DNA of 63,882 bases from Podarcis erhardii (taxonomy: Eukaryota): NCBI GenBank assembly GCA_964252035.1, contig OZ176200.1, one strand, 5' to 3'. Within the stretch, counting starts at the first letter, position 1, and each line of letters begins with the position of its first letter. Shown piece after piece: positions 36,754 to 50,214 of the stretch. Position numbers and translations under genes: made by a program. The notes under the pieces were generated by a model that worked only from the letters and a program-made list of their open reading frames with translations, did no database searches and had not been told where the DNA came from.

Positions 36754-37439
36754 AATACAGCAGCTGTTTGAAGAAATATTGGGTAACAGCAGGCAACTGA
36801 AATGGCTGTCATGCGGGTTTATGCTACAAATCGTAACACCCACATCATTGTCATCTCTCTCAAATCCTATTGCCAACACTATGGAACACCTGAGTTTACT
36901 GGACAACCACATCCCTGGTAATACCACTCTTATCACTGCGGTTGAATTGGAGCGTTTTGTCAGTCTTCGCTCACTCGCCTTGGATTTCTGTGATTTTACA
37001 GCAGAAATGGCAAGAGTCCTGGCTGATAGTAACCATGTGCCTTTGCATCGACTGTCTCTTCTGGTCCACAATATTTCCGTAATGCACAAGTCCCTGGAAA
37101 ATATGCCAGAAGACGAAGATTGGAAGGCACTGACACGCAACAGCACTAATCTTCGGGTCTATATAATGGCTTTTGATATCAAGAGCGATGACATGCTAAG
37201 GATTCTTAAACCCAGTATCCCACTGGAGAGGATTCACTTCGACAGCTACATCACTTGCGTTTCAGGAGCTGTTGTTGATCTCATATCTAGGCAGTATGAT
37301 AAGTTCCTCACTCATTTCATACTAATGAATGATGTGATAGATATGTCTGGCTTCCCAGATCTCAGCGACAACCGAACCGAAGACCCATTGGTTTTATTGG
37401 CCTGGAGGTGCACAAGGCTCTCTCTTCTGGCAGTGCATG
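36754..37439 (+). CDS. FBXO33: FBXO33 exon 3
   Basis: QIQQLFEEILGNSRQLKWLSCGF...DPLVLLAWRCTRLSLLAVHG; ttgcag| and |gtaggc; 686 nt. Confidence 0.97.
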
Positions 37440-38173
37440 GTAGGCAATTACAGAGGGGCAAAACACTGCTAGTTTAGAAACCTACACATTCATATGGGTA
37501 TGGGTATGCTCTTGAGATTTCCCACTCAAGTATTTTTCTCCAGGTTTTGGGAGAATTCCCAAAGTGTTGGGTGTTGGGGCAGGGAATAAATTGTGCTCTG
37601 GCTTCAGGCTAGGATACGCTGTGCATATCAACATGATTATTGGTGGGAAACTGTTACTACCTTCAGAACACAAGACTCACAGTTGCCAAAAAACAACAAC
37701 CCAACAACCTTTAATTGATAGGAAAATAACTTCCTGCACTGTTGGATTGTCCTTACTTTAGACGGCTTCCCTGTCAAAGTTGTATTACACCCGACATATT
37801 TTACGATTATTGGCTCCTTTAACACGAGCCTTTATGCTACATACATATCATGCTGCAAAACTACCAAGAAATCCCATGAGACATTTCCTTAACCATCTGC
37901 CCAGAATTATTGGGGAAGGAAAAACAGGCAGCTCCGCAAAAATTAAATACAAAAAGAAGCAGGAGCAATATTCACTTTTTTAATTAACCGAGTAAGTAAA
38001 CTGACCAATTACTGGGGTGATTTCTTGAAAAGAACCTCATTAGGAAAATTGCTAAATAGGGAGACGTTAGCTGCGAGGCTGTAAAATATTAAATTACCTT
38101 TGGGGTAGGGTGGGGAGGGAGAGGGAAGAAAGACAAAGTCCTAAAAATTAGTAATTGCTTTTTTGTGTTTCAG

Positions 38174-38445
38174 GTTATACTGTTTGGGCTCACAACCTGA
38201 TTGCCATTGCTCGTCTTCGTGGCTCTGATTTGAAAGTGCTTGAAGTCACAGAAGAAAGCATTGATTTTGACCAAGGTGAATTGGCCGATCAAGATGTGGA
38301 TCCGGTGCACAATCTCATTGAGCAGGTATCCCTTGGATTGGGCCGACCTTGGCACGCAGTCATGGACATAGAATTACTCAGTGTCTTTACTGAGCCAACT
38401 CGTCATTTTTACAGAGAAATGCAAAGCTTCAGTGAAGGCATTTAG
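38174..38445 (+). CDS. FBXO33: FBXO33 exon 4 to stop
   Basis: YTVWAHNLIAIARLRGSDLKVLEVTEESIDFDQGE...FYREMQSFSEGI*; tttcag| acceptor. Confidence 0.97.
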
Positions 38446-39359
38446 TTCTCTTTATTTACAGTTCCTGTGGTTACATATGCAAGTAGGGTCCTATTATGTT
38501 TTTCAGTAGTGTGAATTAACCCCTCTTGTGCTGTGTTTAATCAGTATTAGCTATATAGAATTATATATGTATATTCTACTTCTTGATCAAAGAACGTAGT
38601 CGGGTATTGGTTTAGAAGCTGAAAGTGGCAACGTTTAGGGCTTTCACGGTTAATGGACTTGTCTACAAAAAAAAAAAGCAAAACTCAGATGTGGCTGAAG
38701 GTTGTCTGAGGTTGCCGGCTAACTTTCTTTTTGTACTGAGTAACTCTGCAACTTCACTGATTTTACTATTGTCGGAGTTTTTGTGCTCAGGAGCCAAAAA
38801 TCTTTTTACTATCCATAGCCCAGTGGTTTTGAATGCAGTCATTGTCATGTAAACTAGTAGCATGCTACTTAAAGCTTTTTTTTTTTTTTTTAAGAGAGAA
38901 AAATCAGGACTATCCAATACCATTTACTGTAAACCTTTGCTTTGATTTCATGTACAATATCTGGAGCATGAAATATTGCCACTCTGCAATCTCCTCCTTA
39001 AATATGAAGCAGTTGTCTCTTGCACAGTATAGCTTCTTCAGATGCTTACCTGACTCTGAAAGCTATCAATCGTAGTTTCATTGTAAATTAATTGTAGCTT
39101 CTTTTTCTTGTGGTCTGTCAGCTTCTCCGTACAAGTTAGCGTTGGGCCCAGATTTAAAAAGAAACGTCAAGTCTCTACACTCCGATGGGGTAAAACCATA
39201 ATGATTTAAAGATATGAATTTAAGTCTACTTTGCTTGCAAACAAACATTAGTCGTGAAATCCCTAGCAACTAAGTCACTGGATTTTCTCTGTCAGCGCCT
39301 GTGTCAGCTGCCAAAGAATAGATTTAAAACGAAGAAGTGCCCACATGCTGGCAGGGGCA

Positions 39360-40000
39360 NNNNNNNNNNNNNNNNNNNNNNNNNNNNNNNNNNNNNNNNN
39401 NNNNNNNNNNNNNNNNNNNNNNNNNNNNNNNNNNNNNNNNNNNNNNNNNNNNNNNNNNNNNNNNNNNNNNNNNNNNNNNNNNNNNNNNNNNNNNNNNNNN
39501 NNNNNNNNNNNNNNNNNNNNNNNNNNNTACAAACCTTGTTCTATCACAGGTATGAGCTGCTATGATGCATGAAGAACATTCCATGAAGTATGTTTTAAAA
39601 TCTTGTTATATCTGAGAGGCTTTAAAANNNNNNNNNNNNNNNNNNNNNNNNNNNNNNNNNNNNNNNNNNNNNNNNNNNNNNNNNNNNNNNNNNNNNNNNN
39701 NNNNNNNNNNNNNNNNNNNNNNNNNNNNNNNNNNNNNNNNNNNNNNNNNNNNNNNNNNNNNNNNNNNNNNNNNNNNNNNNNNNNNNNNNNNNNNNNNNNN
39801 NNNNNNNNNNNNNNNNNNNNNNNNNNNNNNNNNNNNNNNNNNNNNNNNNNNNNNNNNNNNNNNNNNNNNNNNNNNNNNNNNNNNNNNNNNNNNNNNNNNN
39901 NNNNNNNNNNNNNNNNNNNNNNNNNNNNNNNNNNNNNNNNNNNNNNNNNNNNNNNNNNNNNNNNNNNNNNNNNNNNNNNNNNNNNNNNNNNNNNNNNNNG
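39360..40000. other. Two assembly gaps (N at 39360-39527 and 39628-40000) within the FBXO33 3' UTR
   Basis: N runs seen directly. Confidence 1.
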
Positions 40001-40160
40001 GCACAGTGTGTGTGAATGCCAGATGTGGTGAGATTTTATCTTATAAATGTGATCAGACTAAAGTAACTCCTGACAGAAATTGTAAGGAAACCAGCTGAGT
40101 GTTTGACTTGATGACTGATGTTGTATGGTTTATGTTAAATGTATATTCTTTTAATCAATG

Positions 40161-40166
40161 AATAAA
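40161..40166 (+). terminator. FBXO33: Probable FBXO33 polyadenylation signal
   Basis: AATAAA followed by ATTAAA at the end of an AT-rich UTR. Confidence 0.6.
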
Positions 40167-40732
40167 GCATTAAAATTGATCATGGAAAAATATTTTATTA
40201 TATCAGCATGGTAGTTTTAGCACTGAACAAATCACACTTTTCGTTGAAAACTATCTTGCTTGTTTCCACTGTTTAAATCCAGAAAGCCTTGAGTTCTGAA
40301 GTAAGTCAGACATTTATTTGGCTAATGCTTTATGAACAATTTTTTTTAGGAAACCAAGCTAAGTAGAAGACCAGACCAGCTATCATAATTTGATATTGTT
40401 TGCTTAAACTGGCAGAATAAATCTTTAAAAGTGTAGAATATGGAAAGCCCAAATCCCTCCCGTAGCAAATGCTTATATCAAAATTGAATGTGTTCTAAAA
40501 CAGCAACAATTGTGTAGTACTTATATCCATGTCCCACTATTAAATAGACTGTGAACACTTACCATGCCTTTGGCTTTACATGTTATCTATTTATTCTTAT
40601 TGCTGTACTTTCTGGGTGACTATACGGTAGATGGACAAACAGTAGCTTGTTCTGTGTGATAAAATTACATTTCCCCCCTTGAAATTTGTTACTAGTTCCT
40701 TCATGTTATACAGTTCAACACAACACACACAC

Positions 40733-40860
40733 AGGGGTGGCTAATGTGGTACCTTCCCATAACAACTGCCATCAACCCTGAACATGGGGCAGGCATCCTG
40801 GGTGGGACTGATGGGAGCTGTAGTTCAATAACTGATGAGCCACAGGTTTGCAACCCCTGC
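40733..40860. mobile_element. Old hAT-like MITE
   Basis: CAGGGGTGGCTAA...TTGCAACCCCTG termini; internal GGGAGCTGTAGT motif shared with 43076. Confidence 0.5.
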
Positions 40861-41840
40861 ACCTAGGATACAATCCAGCAAAAGCTAAGTGTTTGTACAT
40901 ACCCTTGATATCAGTACAAGAGTCAACCACACACTTAACTGCTCTTGTAAGATCAATTTAACTAAGGGGCTAACAGAGAGTTACAAGCAAACACATGGAT
41001 CTGAGACCTGGATCCTGTCTTTGAACTCCGCAGAAGGAAAACCTACTTGGAGAGTGACTAGGAATGGGCAATCAGCCACTTCCAGCTGCTGCTGCGCACT
41101 AAAATTCCCCTGCCTTCCAAAGCGGCTTTTCTTTGCTTTGTGACCTCAGCTATGCGTGTGTAATGCTAACCCTTCAAAATGTTTGACTTGTGGGCCACAT
41201 GGCATAGGTAGATCATGATGTTACAAGTAAATTAGCACTTACCTGTATTGGCAACTGGCAGAACCAGCTTCCCTTGAAGTTTTTCATTCTTAATGGTTAA
41301 TGAATGGTCCCTAAGCCTACGTAACTTGCAGAAAAGTATGGAAATGCACAAGTTGAAACAAAGATGTTCTAATAGCCTGCTTTTGGTGCCACACAGGAAA
41401 AAACCCACTAAAGCTGTTAATAAGCTGTGGTGTCTGAGGCAGGTGCACTTGTAAACACATGGATGAGGGGAGGGAAAGTCAAATTGTGAGATCATATTGA
41501 ATGCAAGGCACCTTGCAAGGAGTTGTATTCAATTAAATCCTACTTGACTTCATTAAGTTAGTTAAGCATGTCCATTAACTTCAGTGGGAGTAGAACTAGT
41601 GTTGAGTACTATCCAATCTTTCAAATAGTGGACGAAAAACGAAAAACAGCAATTAAGACTTCAGCATACACCATCCTTTCAACAAAACACATTTAAAAGC
41701 CAAGACAGACAGAGCCACTTGCACCTCATAATGAAGAGAACTCTAAAAGTGTGAAACGACCCAAAGGTTCCAGGATAGATTCAGTATTGAAATTGGTTAA
41801 AACAATTTATAATCGGAATAATAGGATGGATCATAACATA

Positions 41841-42091
41841 CCGTATTTTTTGCTCTATAAGACTCACTTTTTCCCTCCTAAAAAGTAAGGGAAAATGTGT
41901 GTGCGTCTTATGGAGCGAATGCAGGCTGCGCAGCTATCCCAGAAGCCCGAACAGCAAGAGGGATCGCTGCGTAGCGATCCCTCTTGTTGTTCTGGCTTCT
42001 GAGATTCAGAATATTTTTTTTTCTTGTTTCCCTCCTCCAAAAACTAGGTGCGTCTTATGGTCTGGTGTGTCTTATAGAGCGAAAAATACGG
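41841..42091. mobile_element. Tc1/mariner-pogo MITE with internal hairpin
   Basis: TIR CCGTATTTTT.GCTCTATAAGAC at both ends; TA on both sides; palindrome AAGAGGGATCGCT/AGCGATCCCTCTT at about 41956-41985. Confidence 0.88.
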
Positions 42092-42689
42092 TACATATCT
42101 TTGGTGTCAAAAGACCAGCATACCCAGGTGCATCGTCAGCATATAGGAAACGAAGGTACTACATGCACCTCTCTGGGGAGGGAATTCCAAAGGAAACAGG
42201 CTGCCACCTGCCAAACAATGCTACCAGGAGGACTCCCTCATGCAAGAGGTCTGTAGGACAGTCTTTCAGGTATTTGGGACCCAAATAGTTTAAGACTTTA
42301 AACACTAATGATATTGGCATCCATCCGTCTCACAACAATGAGTGCAGTTCCAAGGGGTGAAGGCAAACCGCAGCATTAGCAGCACTGAAGTGACCTTCTT
42401 AGGGCGCAAGCCTGGGCAGTGCGTATGAAGGTCCTGGGCTATCCAAGCGACAAGACCCTCCCTTTGGCTTTGCTGATGTGGTCCAAAAAAACGGAAATAG
42501 GTTTGGCCCTAACGTGGCTGCACAAGTTGATGGAAGGAGGCATACAAGACGCCATCCAACCATCTGGATTTGTGTAGTGTTTACTCCTTAGCCTTTTCTT
42601 CACCCAAAGATGCCACACAAGGCAGCAGAAGTTTAGGGTCAGTGTTTTCTCCATGGGTTTACCCTCGCAGGTTGATGAGCCCTATCTGC

Positions 42690-42950
42690 CCCTCACTTCC
42701 CTCTACACTAATGTGGGCACCTTGAATCGGGCCTAGAAGCTAGCAACCAGGGCAGCTTTTTTAGAACATAGCCTCACGTTGCAATAATCTGAGCTGGAAG
42801 AGACCAGAAGATGGAGTAGTGGCCAAGTAATCTCTGTCAAAGGGTCTTAACTGGCAAACCAGCTGAAGCTGGAAAAAGGCACTTCTCCTAACCACCAAAG
42901 CCATCTGAGTCTTCAGTGACAGTGCGGGATCCAGGAGCACTGCCACCCCT
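42690..42950 (-). mobile_element. Degraded L2 ORF2 fragment
   Basis: VLLDPALSLKTQMALVVRRSAFFQLQLVCQLRP resembles VILDSQLSMEAQVKSVSRAAVYQLHLVRRLRP of the young L2. Confidence 0.65.
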
Positions 42951-43075
42951 GCTCAAAGGACAGACCTGTTTTTCCCAGGTGAGTGCAACCCCATCTATAA
43001 CAGGCCACCTCCCTACCTAATACCTGTGAATTCAGATCAATAGAAGTGGCTATGTAGGAGGTGTAACTTCTAAAG

Positions 43076-43211
43076 CAGGGTCTCCCAAACTTTGGTCTCC
43101 AGCTGTTTTTGGACTACAACTCCCATCATCCCTAGCTAGCAGGACTAGTAATCCGGGATGATGGGAACTCTAGTCCAAAAACAGCTGGAGGCCCAAGTTT
43201 GGGAAACCCTG
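43076..43211. mobile_element. Fully palindromic hAT MITE
   Basis: CAGGGTCTCCCAAACTT..AAGTTTGGGAAACCCTG foldback; 8-bp TSD TTCTAAAG/TTCTAAAC (7/8). Confidence 0.85.
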
Positions 43212-43466
43212 TTCTAAACCCATGTGCTCTACCCTTAGAAAACAAAAAAGCAGAGATACTTGTTTCATTGAAGAGTCAAAATACCAACAATTATTAAATC
43301 CATTTAATTTTTTTCACATTGCCTTTTGTTACAAGTATTCTCTTCACATGCAATTATTTTCTATGAGACCAAAACAACGGGAGAGTTCTTACATGGTACA
43401 ATTTTTTACATCTCCTAGATATGCAAATTAAAAATAATTTAGTTACTGCTGTACAATGAAAATCCA

Positions 43467-43472
43467 TTTATT
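43467..43472 (-). terminator. MIA2: Probable MIA2 polyadenylation signal
   Basis: AATAAA on minus strand about 150 nt after the stop. Confidence 0.55.
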
Positions 43473-43624
43473 CACAGTTAGACCATTATTTACAGGGCAC
43501 TCTCCTGAGAATTATCCTATTAAGCTTCAATTTGAGCAATAATACAGTCAGTTAAGTAACAATAGCTACTTAACAGCAAATTACTGAGTTGAGAGGAAAA
43601 GGATAGAGCTAGTTCAAAATAGAG

Positions 43625-43788
43625 TCAAGTTTCTTGTTGTGATTCTTGAGGAGTTGCAGAAGATGCAGTTGACGGATGTGTTAACTCAGCAGGCATTTCA
43701 TTTCTGCTCTCAGGTGGCAGTGGTGGAAAAAACCCAGCCCTTGGAGGCGGGTATTGAGAATAAGGCCTCACAGGAAATGGACCTCTCA
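43625..43788 (-). CDS. MIA2: MIA2 last exon (MRGPFPVRPY...PRAGFFPP...SQQET*)
   Basis: gaacag|TG; TGA at 43625-43627; QQET terminus as in CTAGE5. Confidence 0.93.
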
Positions 43789-44748
43789 CTGTTCAAAGAG
43801 AATGATCAAAGCCCATTTGGGTTAGTATTCAGAATGGAGCTACTTTCTTACAGATTTGACACTGAATACTCACAAACACACACAGATTAAAATCAACGCT
43901 AGCTGTAACTCATACGCAAGAATAAAGGAAGACATTAGAAAGCTTCTCAAACAATACAAGTTCATGATGCCTATAAACATGGAAGATGTTTGCCTCCCAT
44001 GGTGAAGGCAAATGTTAATAGTTAATACTTCAATAATGCCCATTGAGGTATCCAGGAGCCTCCATGTGCAAGTGGGACAGAAATTTTCCTTGTACAACAG
44101 GATTTTCCTCACCTCTGCAGGCCCCACATGTGCCCAACACTTGCTTTGGACCATTGAGGGAACTCAGGGAAGGGAGCTGCAGGAGGAGAAAAAGAGGGGG
44201 AAGTCCTGTTGTGTAAGGGAAATGCTGCTCATGTGATGTGGGGTTCAACGACTAACTATCTGTTGCCATGGCCAACTTCATAAGGGAAGCTATGGCATCT
44301 AGACTGCCTAACTCACGGCCCCCTTTGCTGTGGAAGATTCTGCCAGCACTGGTCTCTTCATCTGACAAGAGAAGTAGAGTAGCACTTGGAGCAGAGAATT
44401 TCCAAATTTATTTATTCTACAAAATGTATATCTTGCCCTTCTAACACATCCGCATCATTCAGAGTGGTTTACAATTAACCGGGAATGAAAACCGGCTCGG
44501 ATGCTAGGAGCGTTCTAAAATGAAAGTCTACCTTATAGAAATAATTTGTCCAGCAGCAACCGTATAATAAAACTGGTTGTTGTTTCAGCGCAATGTTTTA
44601 ATCAATCATCACAAAGCAGTTAGAGGGCCCAAACGGGCCTCACCAGGTAGGGTATTTTAAAACCTGGGTGCAGCCGCTGAGAAAGGCTTGTTAGGTTTTC
44701 TAACAATAGCTTACGAGGTAAAGTTTAATCATATCTTCCACTGAAAGT

Positions 44749-45004
44749 AGAAGAGAAGAAGAAGAAGAGTTTGGATTTGATATCTGGCTTTATCACTACC
44801 CGAAGGAGTCTCAAAGCGGCTAACATTCTCCTTTCCCTTCCTCCCCCACAACAAACACTCTGTGAGGTGAGTGGGGCTGAGAGACTTCAGAGAAGTGTGA
44901 CTAGCCCAAGGTCACCCAGCAGCTGCAGGTGGAGGAGCGGAGACGCGAACCCGGTTCACCAGATTACGAGACTACCGCTCTTAACCACTACACCACACTG
45001 GCTC
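44749..45004 (-). mobile_element. tRNA-headed, L2-tailed SINE, full length with (TTC)n tail
   Basis: Near-identical to 6951-7194. Confidence 0.88.
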
Positions 45005-45531
45005 CTACACTAGTTATTAATTCCCTTAACGCAGCTTTGAACTTGGGAAAATGTCCTTTAAAAGTTATTGAGCACCACCAGCAAGTTAGCAAGACCCGTT
45101 CAGGCATTCACTTCCAGCATAAAGAAGAGCTTTCCTGGACCTGGATGCCTTCCAGAGAGGACCAGAGTTGCACATGCTAGCCTCTTCTCCCACTACTAGG
45201 TGCAGAACTTTACACACTGAGTGGGAAGGTCTGGAGGGGGGATCTTTATGTACTCAGCTGATTGCAGGAGATTCCCGTCCACATGGAGGAGTCTATGGGA
45301 AGAGTCCTACTTCCTACCTTCCCACTCCATGAAGCTGATGGGAACAGAGACACTGGGAGCAGGTTTGCTCTCTCGATTAACTTAAGCCCATTAATTTCAG
45401 TGGAACTTGGGTGCAATTCACTTTGTCCTGGGTTGTGCCTCAAGTTGTTGCGGTTTCCAAACGTTTCTCCATGAAATGCATTTCATTATTTATTTTAGGG
45501 GGAAAATAATGTAAGAGCAGCAAGAACATAC

Positions 45532-45760
45532 TTGGCAGAAGAGGACGTGGCAAACCAGCAAAATCCCTTGGGAAATATTCTCGAGGTCCATATCCGCTAG
45601 GAGGCACTGGTGGAAAGGGAGGGCCTCTTCTCATGAAAGGCCCCCTTGGGTCCATTGGCATTAGAGGAGCTCGCAGTAAGGGCAGTGGTGGCGGCACAAT
45701 TCCAGGCCCAAAGCCTCCATTGTCAGGTGCATGAGACTGATCCGAGGCATTGAGCGTATT
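45532..45760 (-). CDS. MIA2: MIA2 proline-rich exon
   Basis: NTLNASD...GPGIVPPPLPLLRAPLMPMDPRGPFMRRGPPFPPVPP...; tcacag| and |gtatgt; 229 nt. Confidence 0.94.
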
Positions 45761-46296
45761 CTGTGAGGAAAGGGAAGTGGGCACGTTAAGATTTAGAAAG
45801 AAGCTCGTGCCACTTTTTCAAGCCACAGAGAAACTTGTCAAAGCACGTAAGCTTGAAAAGAAGCTATGATTTACAAGCTACAAAGAGGGCAGATCAAAGC
45901 AGAAGCCCAATCCAAACCAGGAATGTGGGCCAACAGGACTGAGATGGAGCCAAACTCAAAGGCTATAAGTAGGAAATTCATTAAAGCAAGACACAACATC
46001 ACCCCTGCGCTGAAAAGCTAGTCCACTCATTTCCAACTACCTTTCTTTTTGGTCCTTTCATCTTTCTTGCTCTTGCAGGTTGTAAATAAATTAAGTTGTG
46101 AAACTATTATTTTAGCTAACATGTCTTTAATAATTGAAAATGCCCACAAGGTAATAAATAATGCTGCAGCAAAATACATACTGTGTAAAATCATTTTAAA
46201 GAACTGTCAAATTCAGCAGAAACTTGGCAAACCTTTTTCGCACCAAATGGGATTCAGTAAGAAATTGATCTTCTCAGTCTTTTGTCTGTTACTTAC

Positions 46297-46370
46297 ACTG
46301 TCATTGGGATGATCTCTTATTCCATTTCCACTTAAGTCTGTTCCTGAGTTATTCTCAGATGTTTGTCCAT
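46297..46370 (-). CDS. MIA2: MIA2 exon (DGQTSENNSG...PNDS)
   Basis: ttccag| and |gtaagt; 74 nt; phase 1 to 0 fits neighbours. Confidence 0.8.
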
Positions 46371-47165
46371 CTGGAAGTGGGGGGAAAATACCCAACAAGT
46401 ACTTTAACATTAAGTAGTCCCAAGACAGCTTTCCTCCAAAGAACAGATGGGTGTGGAAACGTATGTTTTTGCACATTTACTAAACAGAGGTGTTGACTAT
46501 ATTGATACTTTTGTGCACTTCAAAAAACAAAACAAATAGTGCCATTCCCGCTCACAACCAGTTTGAACTATTGTTGTTCCTACTGAAGTAAAATAAATGA
46601 CAAGGCTGCTGTATAGATTTACTAGATGATCATTTCAGGGAAGAAAATTTATCTTTTCAAAACAACCAGTGTGTAAACACCAAAGGCATTGTTTAAACGC
46701 TAGGCTGGTTGTAGAGAACAAGGTCTGTTTCAAAGTCTAAATCAATGTTTTACTGATCTTGGGTCAAATGTCTTAGATGAAAGGCTTTTTGCTTTCAGCA
46801 TGAATTCAGGTTATTCCTTCCCACAGATGCTGAATGGAGATAAAATAATGATGTGACTTATGGTAAGCAAAGCATAGCAGTTCAGTTAACATAGAGAAAG
46901 TGCAGAAGTTTCTTAAACTTTATTGCTGCCTTTTTTTTAATCACAAACATGGTATTACAAACAGCAAAGAACTTTAATTTCAAAATACCAAAGTCATTAC
47001 TGGCATTCTTTGATACGCTACAAACAAGAGAACAGAAAGTGCTCTCAGTGTTTGGATTTCAAGCTCTTTGGGCTTTAGTTCTGAGCAGAAAAGGATTATT
47101 TACTGCTGCAGCCAAATTTGGTAATGAACTCCTTTATTTGGGCACTAAAAGCAAGCAGTTCCTAC

Positions 47166-47294
47166 CTGCTTTATCAAATGATGGCATGCTATAACTTCTT
47201 AGTTCTGCTGGTCCTGAAAGTCTTCCTGAGTTTGGATGGCTGGGATAAAATCTTTCTGGTCTTTGAGGAAGAGATTGCTCATTATACCGCTGAC
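47166..47294 (-). CDS. MIA2: MIA2 exon (..[22 protein letters not shown])
   Basis: Matches recalled CTAGE5 [21 protein letters not shown]; 129 nt. Confidence 0.92.
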
Positions 47295-47717
47295 CTACCA
47301 TTCAATAAAAAAGTGCAATTTATTCAGTAGATTTTATTAGAATTAATCAATGATGGCTTAGCAACAACTTATATCTTATATTCCTTGTGTTATGGAATAT
47401 ACAAACTAAAGGACATGGGGCGATTGCTACCTAAACCTAGTAGCTGATGGAAATCTCACATCTATCCCATTTATCAAGGTCGATCAACTATGCAATATGG
47501 TCTTGGAATCTTTAAGCAGTTATCGGACTCAAATATATCATACATATGCTACTATCCCTTAGGTACACCATCAAACACTTGAACCTAAAAAGCCCTGGCA
47601 ATGATCCCCCCAGAGGTCACAGCACGGTTCAAAACAAAAGGGAGCTCAGCAGTATTTTATTTTGTAATTGCCATTAAAAAAGAAAATGTCCAAGAATGAT
47701 GGGCTGTGTTTAGTTAC

Positions 47718-47876
47718 CTGCGGGCGGGGGCATTATCCTGTGATCTCTATCCCATGGAGGTGACAAAGATCCAGTGTCAGAAGGTGGTCTGTGGGGATCA
47801 GATAACCTGTCAGAATGCAACTCTCCTCTTTCATTACTAACTTCATACATGCCAGCATTCCCCGGTCCTCTTGATC
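47718..47876 (-). CDS. MIA2: MIA2 exon (GSRGPGN...DPHRPPSDTGSLSPPWDRD)
   Basis: aattag| and |gtaact; 159 nt. Confidence 0.93.
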
Positions 47877-49322
47877 CTAATTGAACAAGTTACAATGGAT
47901 TCAGTCACTTGAGACATCCGTCATTACAGTTTTCACCGAGTACCAAACCACGAGATCCCAACACATTGAAAGGTGGTAGAATAACACACATGGCTCCCTT
48001 GGTGAATGTCAGTCTTGTGCTCTTTTTCCAGGAGGGGTGCAACTGTTCAGTCCGTCAAAAGTACAGTAAATACTAAGACAGCTGCTTTGAAAGAGGGTGG
48101 AAGGAACCCTGAAACAAAGTCTACATTATATTCTGATTCCTCTCACTGGGCAAAGGGAGGAAAAAGAACGTTAAAAGTCTTTTCATCAACCTCATCAGTG
48201 TTGGCAACATCTTGGCAGAGATTCCTCCTCCCTCAGAGCCCAATTCTGCTTCCCCTTCCCCAAGCAACTTGACCAAACCCATCAAATGCAATATTCTCCC
48301 CTCCCTTAAATCTCTAGTATTTAAAGTAAGAAGACAGCTGAAAAAGATTAGAGAATTCCCCCCCCCCCATTTAGAAGAATAAATGAGAAAACACGCTTTA
48401 AACCAGTAGGGCATTATTTTGAACTACTGTACATTAAAGCATTTCCATTTCTAATTATTCAAGCTGTTGAGAAGCTTTTAATGTTTGACTCACTCTCTGG
48501 CTGATTTATGTTGGTCTATCACCTATTTTGTTATACTTGTACTGGCTCTGAAATTATCTGAGTATAGTTGCACTTTCAAGTCAGCAAATTGACATATTTC
48601 CTCCATCCTTTCCAACAAAAGCCAGAACAAAAAGAAACAGCTCCTGAGATTATTCACCACATACTGCCAATACTTATCAGTTAAAAACAAAACTCTTTTG
48701 TTTTTTTCTGTTGAGATCAACAGCCTAAAATACAAATAGACTCAAATATTCTTGCTACAATGATATAAAAGGCCTACTCTTTCAAACTCCCTTTCTTGAA
48801 TCTGAAAGATGGCACTGGCTTCACTTTTAGTAGCTAGATGGATGAGCAGTGTTGGTTTAAAAAATTAAGAGTAAAATAGGTTTTTTTAAAAGCTTTTATT
48901 CTGTTTTTGTTTTGCGTTGGGCACCCATCTACTGTAATGAGATGCAGAAACTAGGGGAAATAGACCGTTCCACAAATGGATGGACAGCACTAGTGGAAGC
49001 AAAGATAGTTTCATGATATTCACAAAAAGCACTAGTAGGTGCTGTTAAGAATCCTTCCATGAGCAGAATACATCTTTCACATGTAAAAGAGCATTTTTAG
49101 ATCCAACACACCGGTTTTTGGAACATAGAGTCATCATGGTACTGCATACTTCTGCTTCCTGACCGATATGCTAGAGTGCATTTATATGGATAATTTAAGC
49201 TTACTCTTAACCGGGTTCTTTTTAGTATACTTTTACAGATAGATCCATTACCAAGAAAGGAGGGATAGACTAAGAGGAGAGAGAATCCATGAAAGTTAAG
49301 TTTTCAAATTTAAGAATTGTAC

Positions 49323-49454
49323 CTCTTCCTCCTCCACCACCTGGAAGCACAGGTGAAAATCTTAAGGGGCCCTCCAATAAGGTTGGAGGGGAAAGAAAAG
49401 CTCTTGTTTCAGATGAAGGTCTGCCCATTGGTGAGGGTCCATATGGGGAGTGCT
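49323..49454 (-). CDS. MIA2: MIA2 exon ([35 protein letters not shown]..)
   Basis: ttccag| and |gtacaa; 132 nt. Confidence 0.94.
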
Positions 49455-49816
49455 CTGGAACAGTTAAAACAAAATACTAAAATTCACAGGTTAGAGTTAA
49501 TGGGCTGACATATAGTTCATTTCTCACCTAGGTTTAAAACTAATTTGGGACCAAAGAAAAGTCAACCTCTTGACTTCATTATCAGTCATGGAATTTAAAA
49601 AAAAAAGTCATTTTAAATAATTTTCAAATGCTCTACAGATTGTTAATAGGAACAAAAATTACAATGGGAATCAAAATACTATATGCTGTTGCTGCTACAG
49701 GTCAATGAAATAAAAATGATCCCTGCATGAATAAAGACCAGCTATGCTTTTATACATAAATGGAGTCATGATCTCTTTACACTTCAACAAGATGCACATT
49801 TTAAAAAGTACTGTAC

Positions 49817-49899
49817 CTCTGCCAAATGCCCTAACTGGCATATCAAGAGCATAAGGATCCTTTTCCAAACGATCAAATTTAAATTCTGCTTCTGTTAAT
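49817..49899 (-). CDS. MIA2: MIA2 exon (KLTEAEFKFDRLEKDPYALD..AFGR)
   Basis: ctttag| and |gtacag; 83 nt. Confidence 0.93.
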
Positions 49900-50146
49900 C
49901 TAAAGGAAAGAAGAACATGTTAATAAACTAACTTCTTCCCTATTTTTTTCTAGAACTCAACTTTTCAACTGGTAAAAAAGGTAAAAATCAGTTAATGAAA
50001 TAGATTACAGGCATTAATTGTTAAATCAGAAAGTTAAATCCGGAGTTTTGGAGTACTTTGTCAGTAACTGAACAACGGCACATTATTCAGTGACAACAGT
50101 ACGTCAACAAAATCAAGTTCTTCAGTATGTACATTTTTATGCTTAC

Positions 50147-50214
50147 TTTTGTCTGCTGTATGCATTTTCTTCTCTTATATCACTGAGGTGCCTTTCAGCT
50201 GCCCGTGCTGCCAG
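50147..50214 (-). CDS. MIA2: MIA2 exon (LAARAAERHLSDIREENAYSRQK)
   Basis: ttaaag| and |gtaagc; 68 nt. Confidence 0.92.

Noticed and set aside
39254-40031. ORFs of X residues
   Set aside because: Artefacts of N gaps
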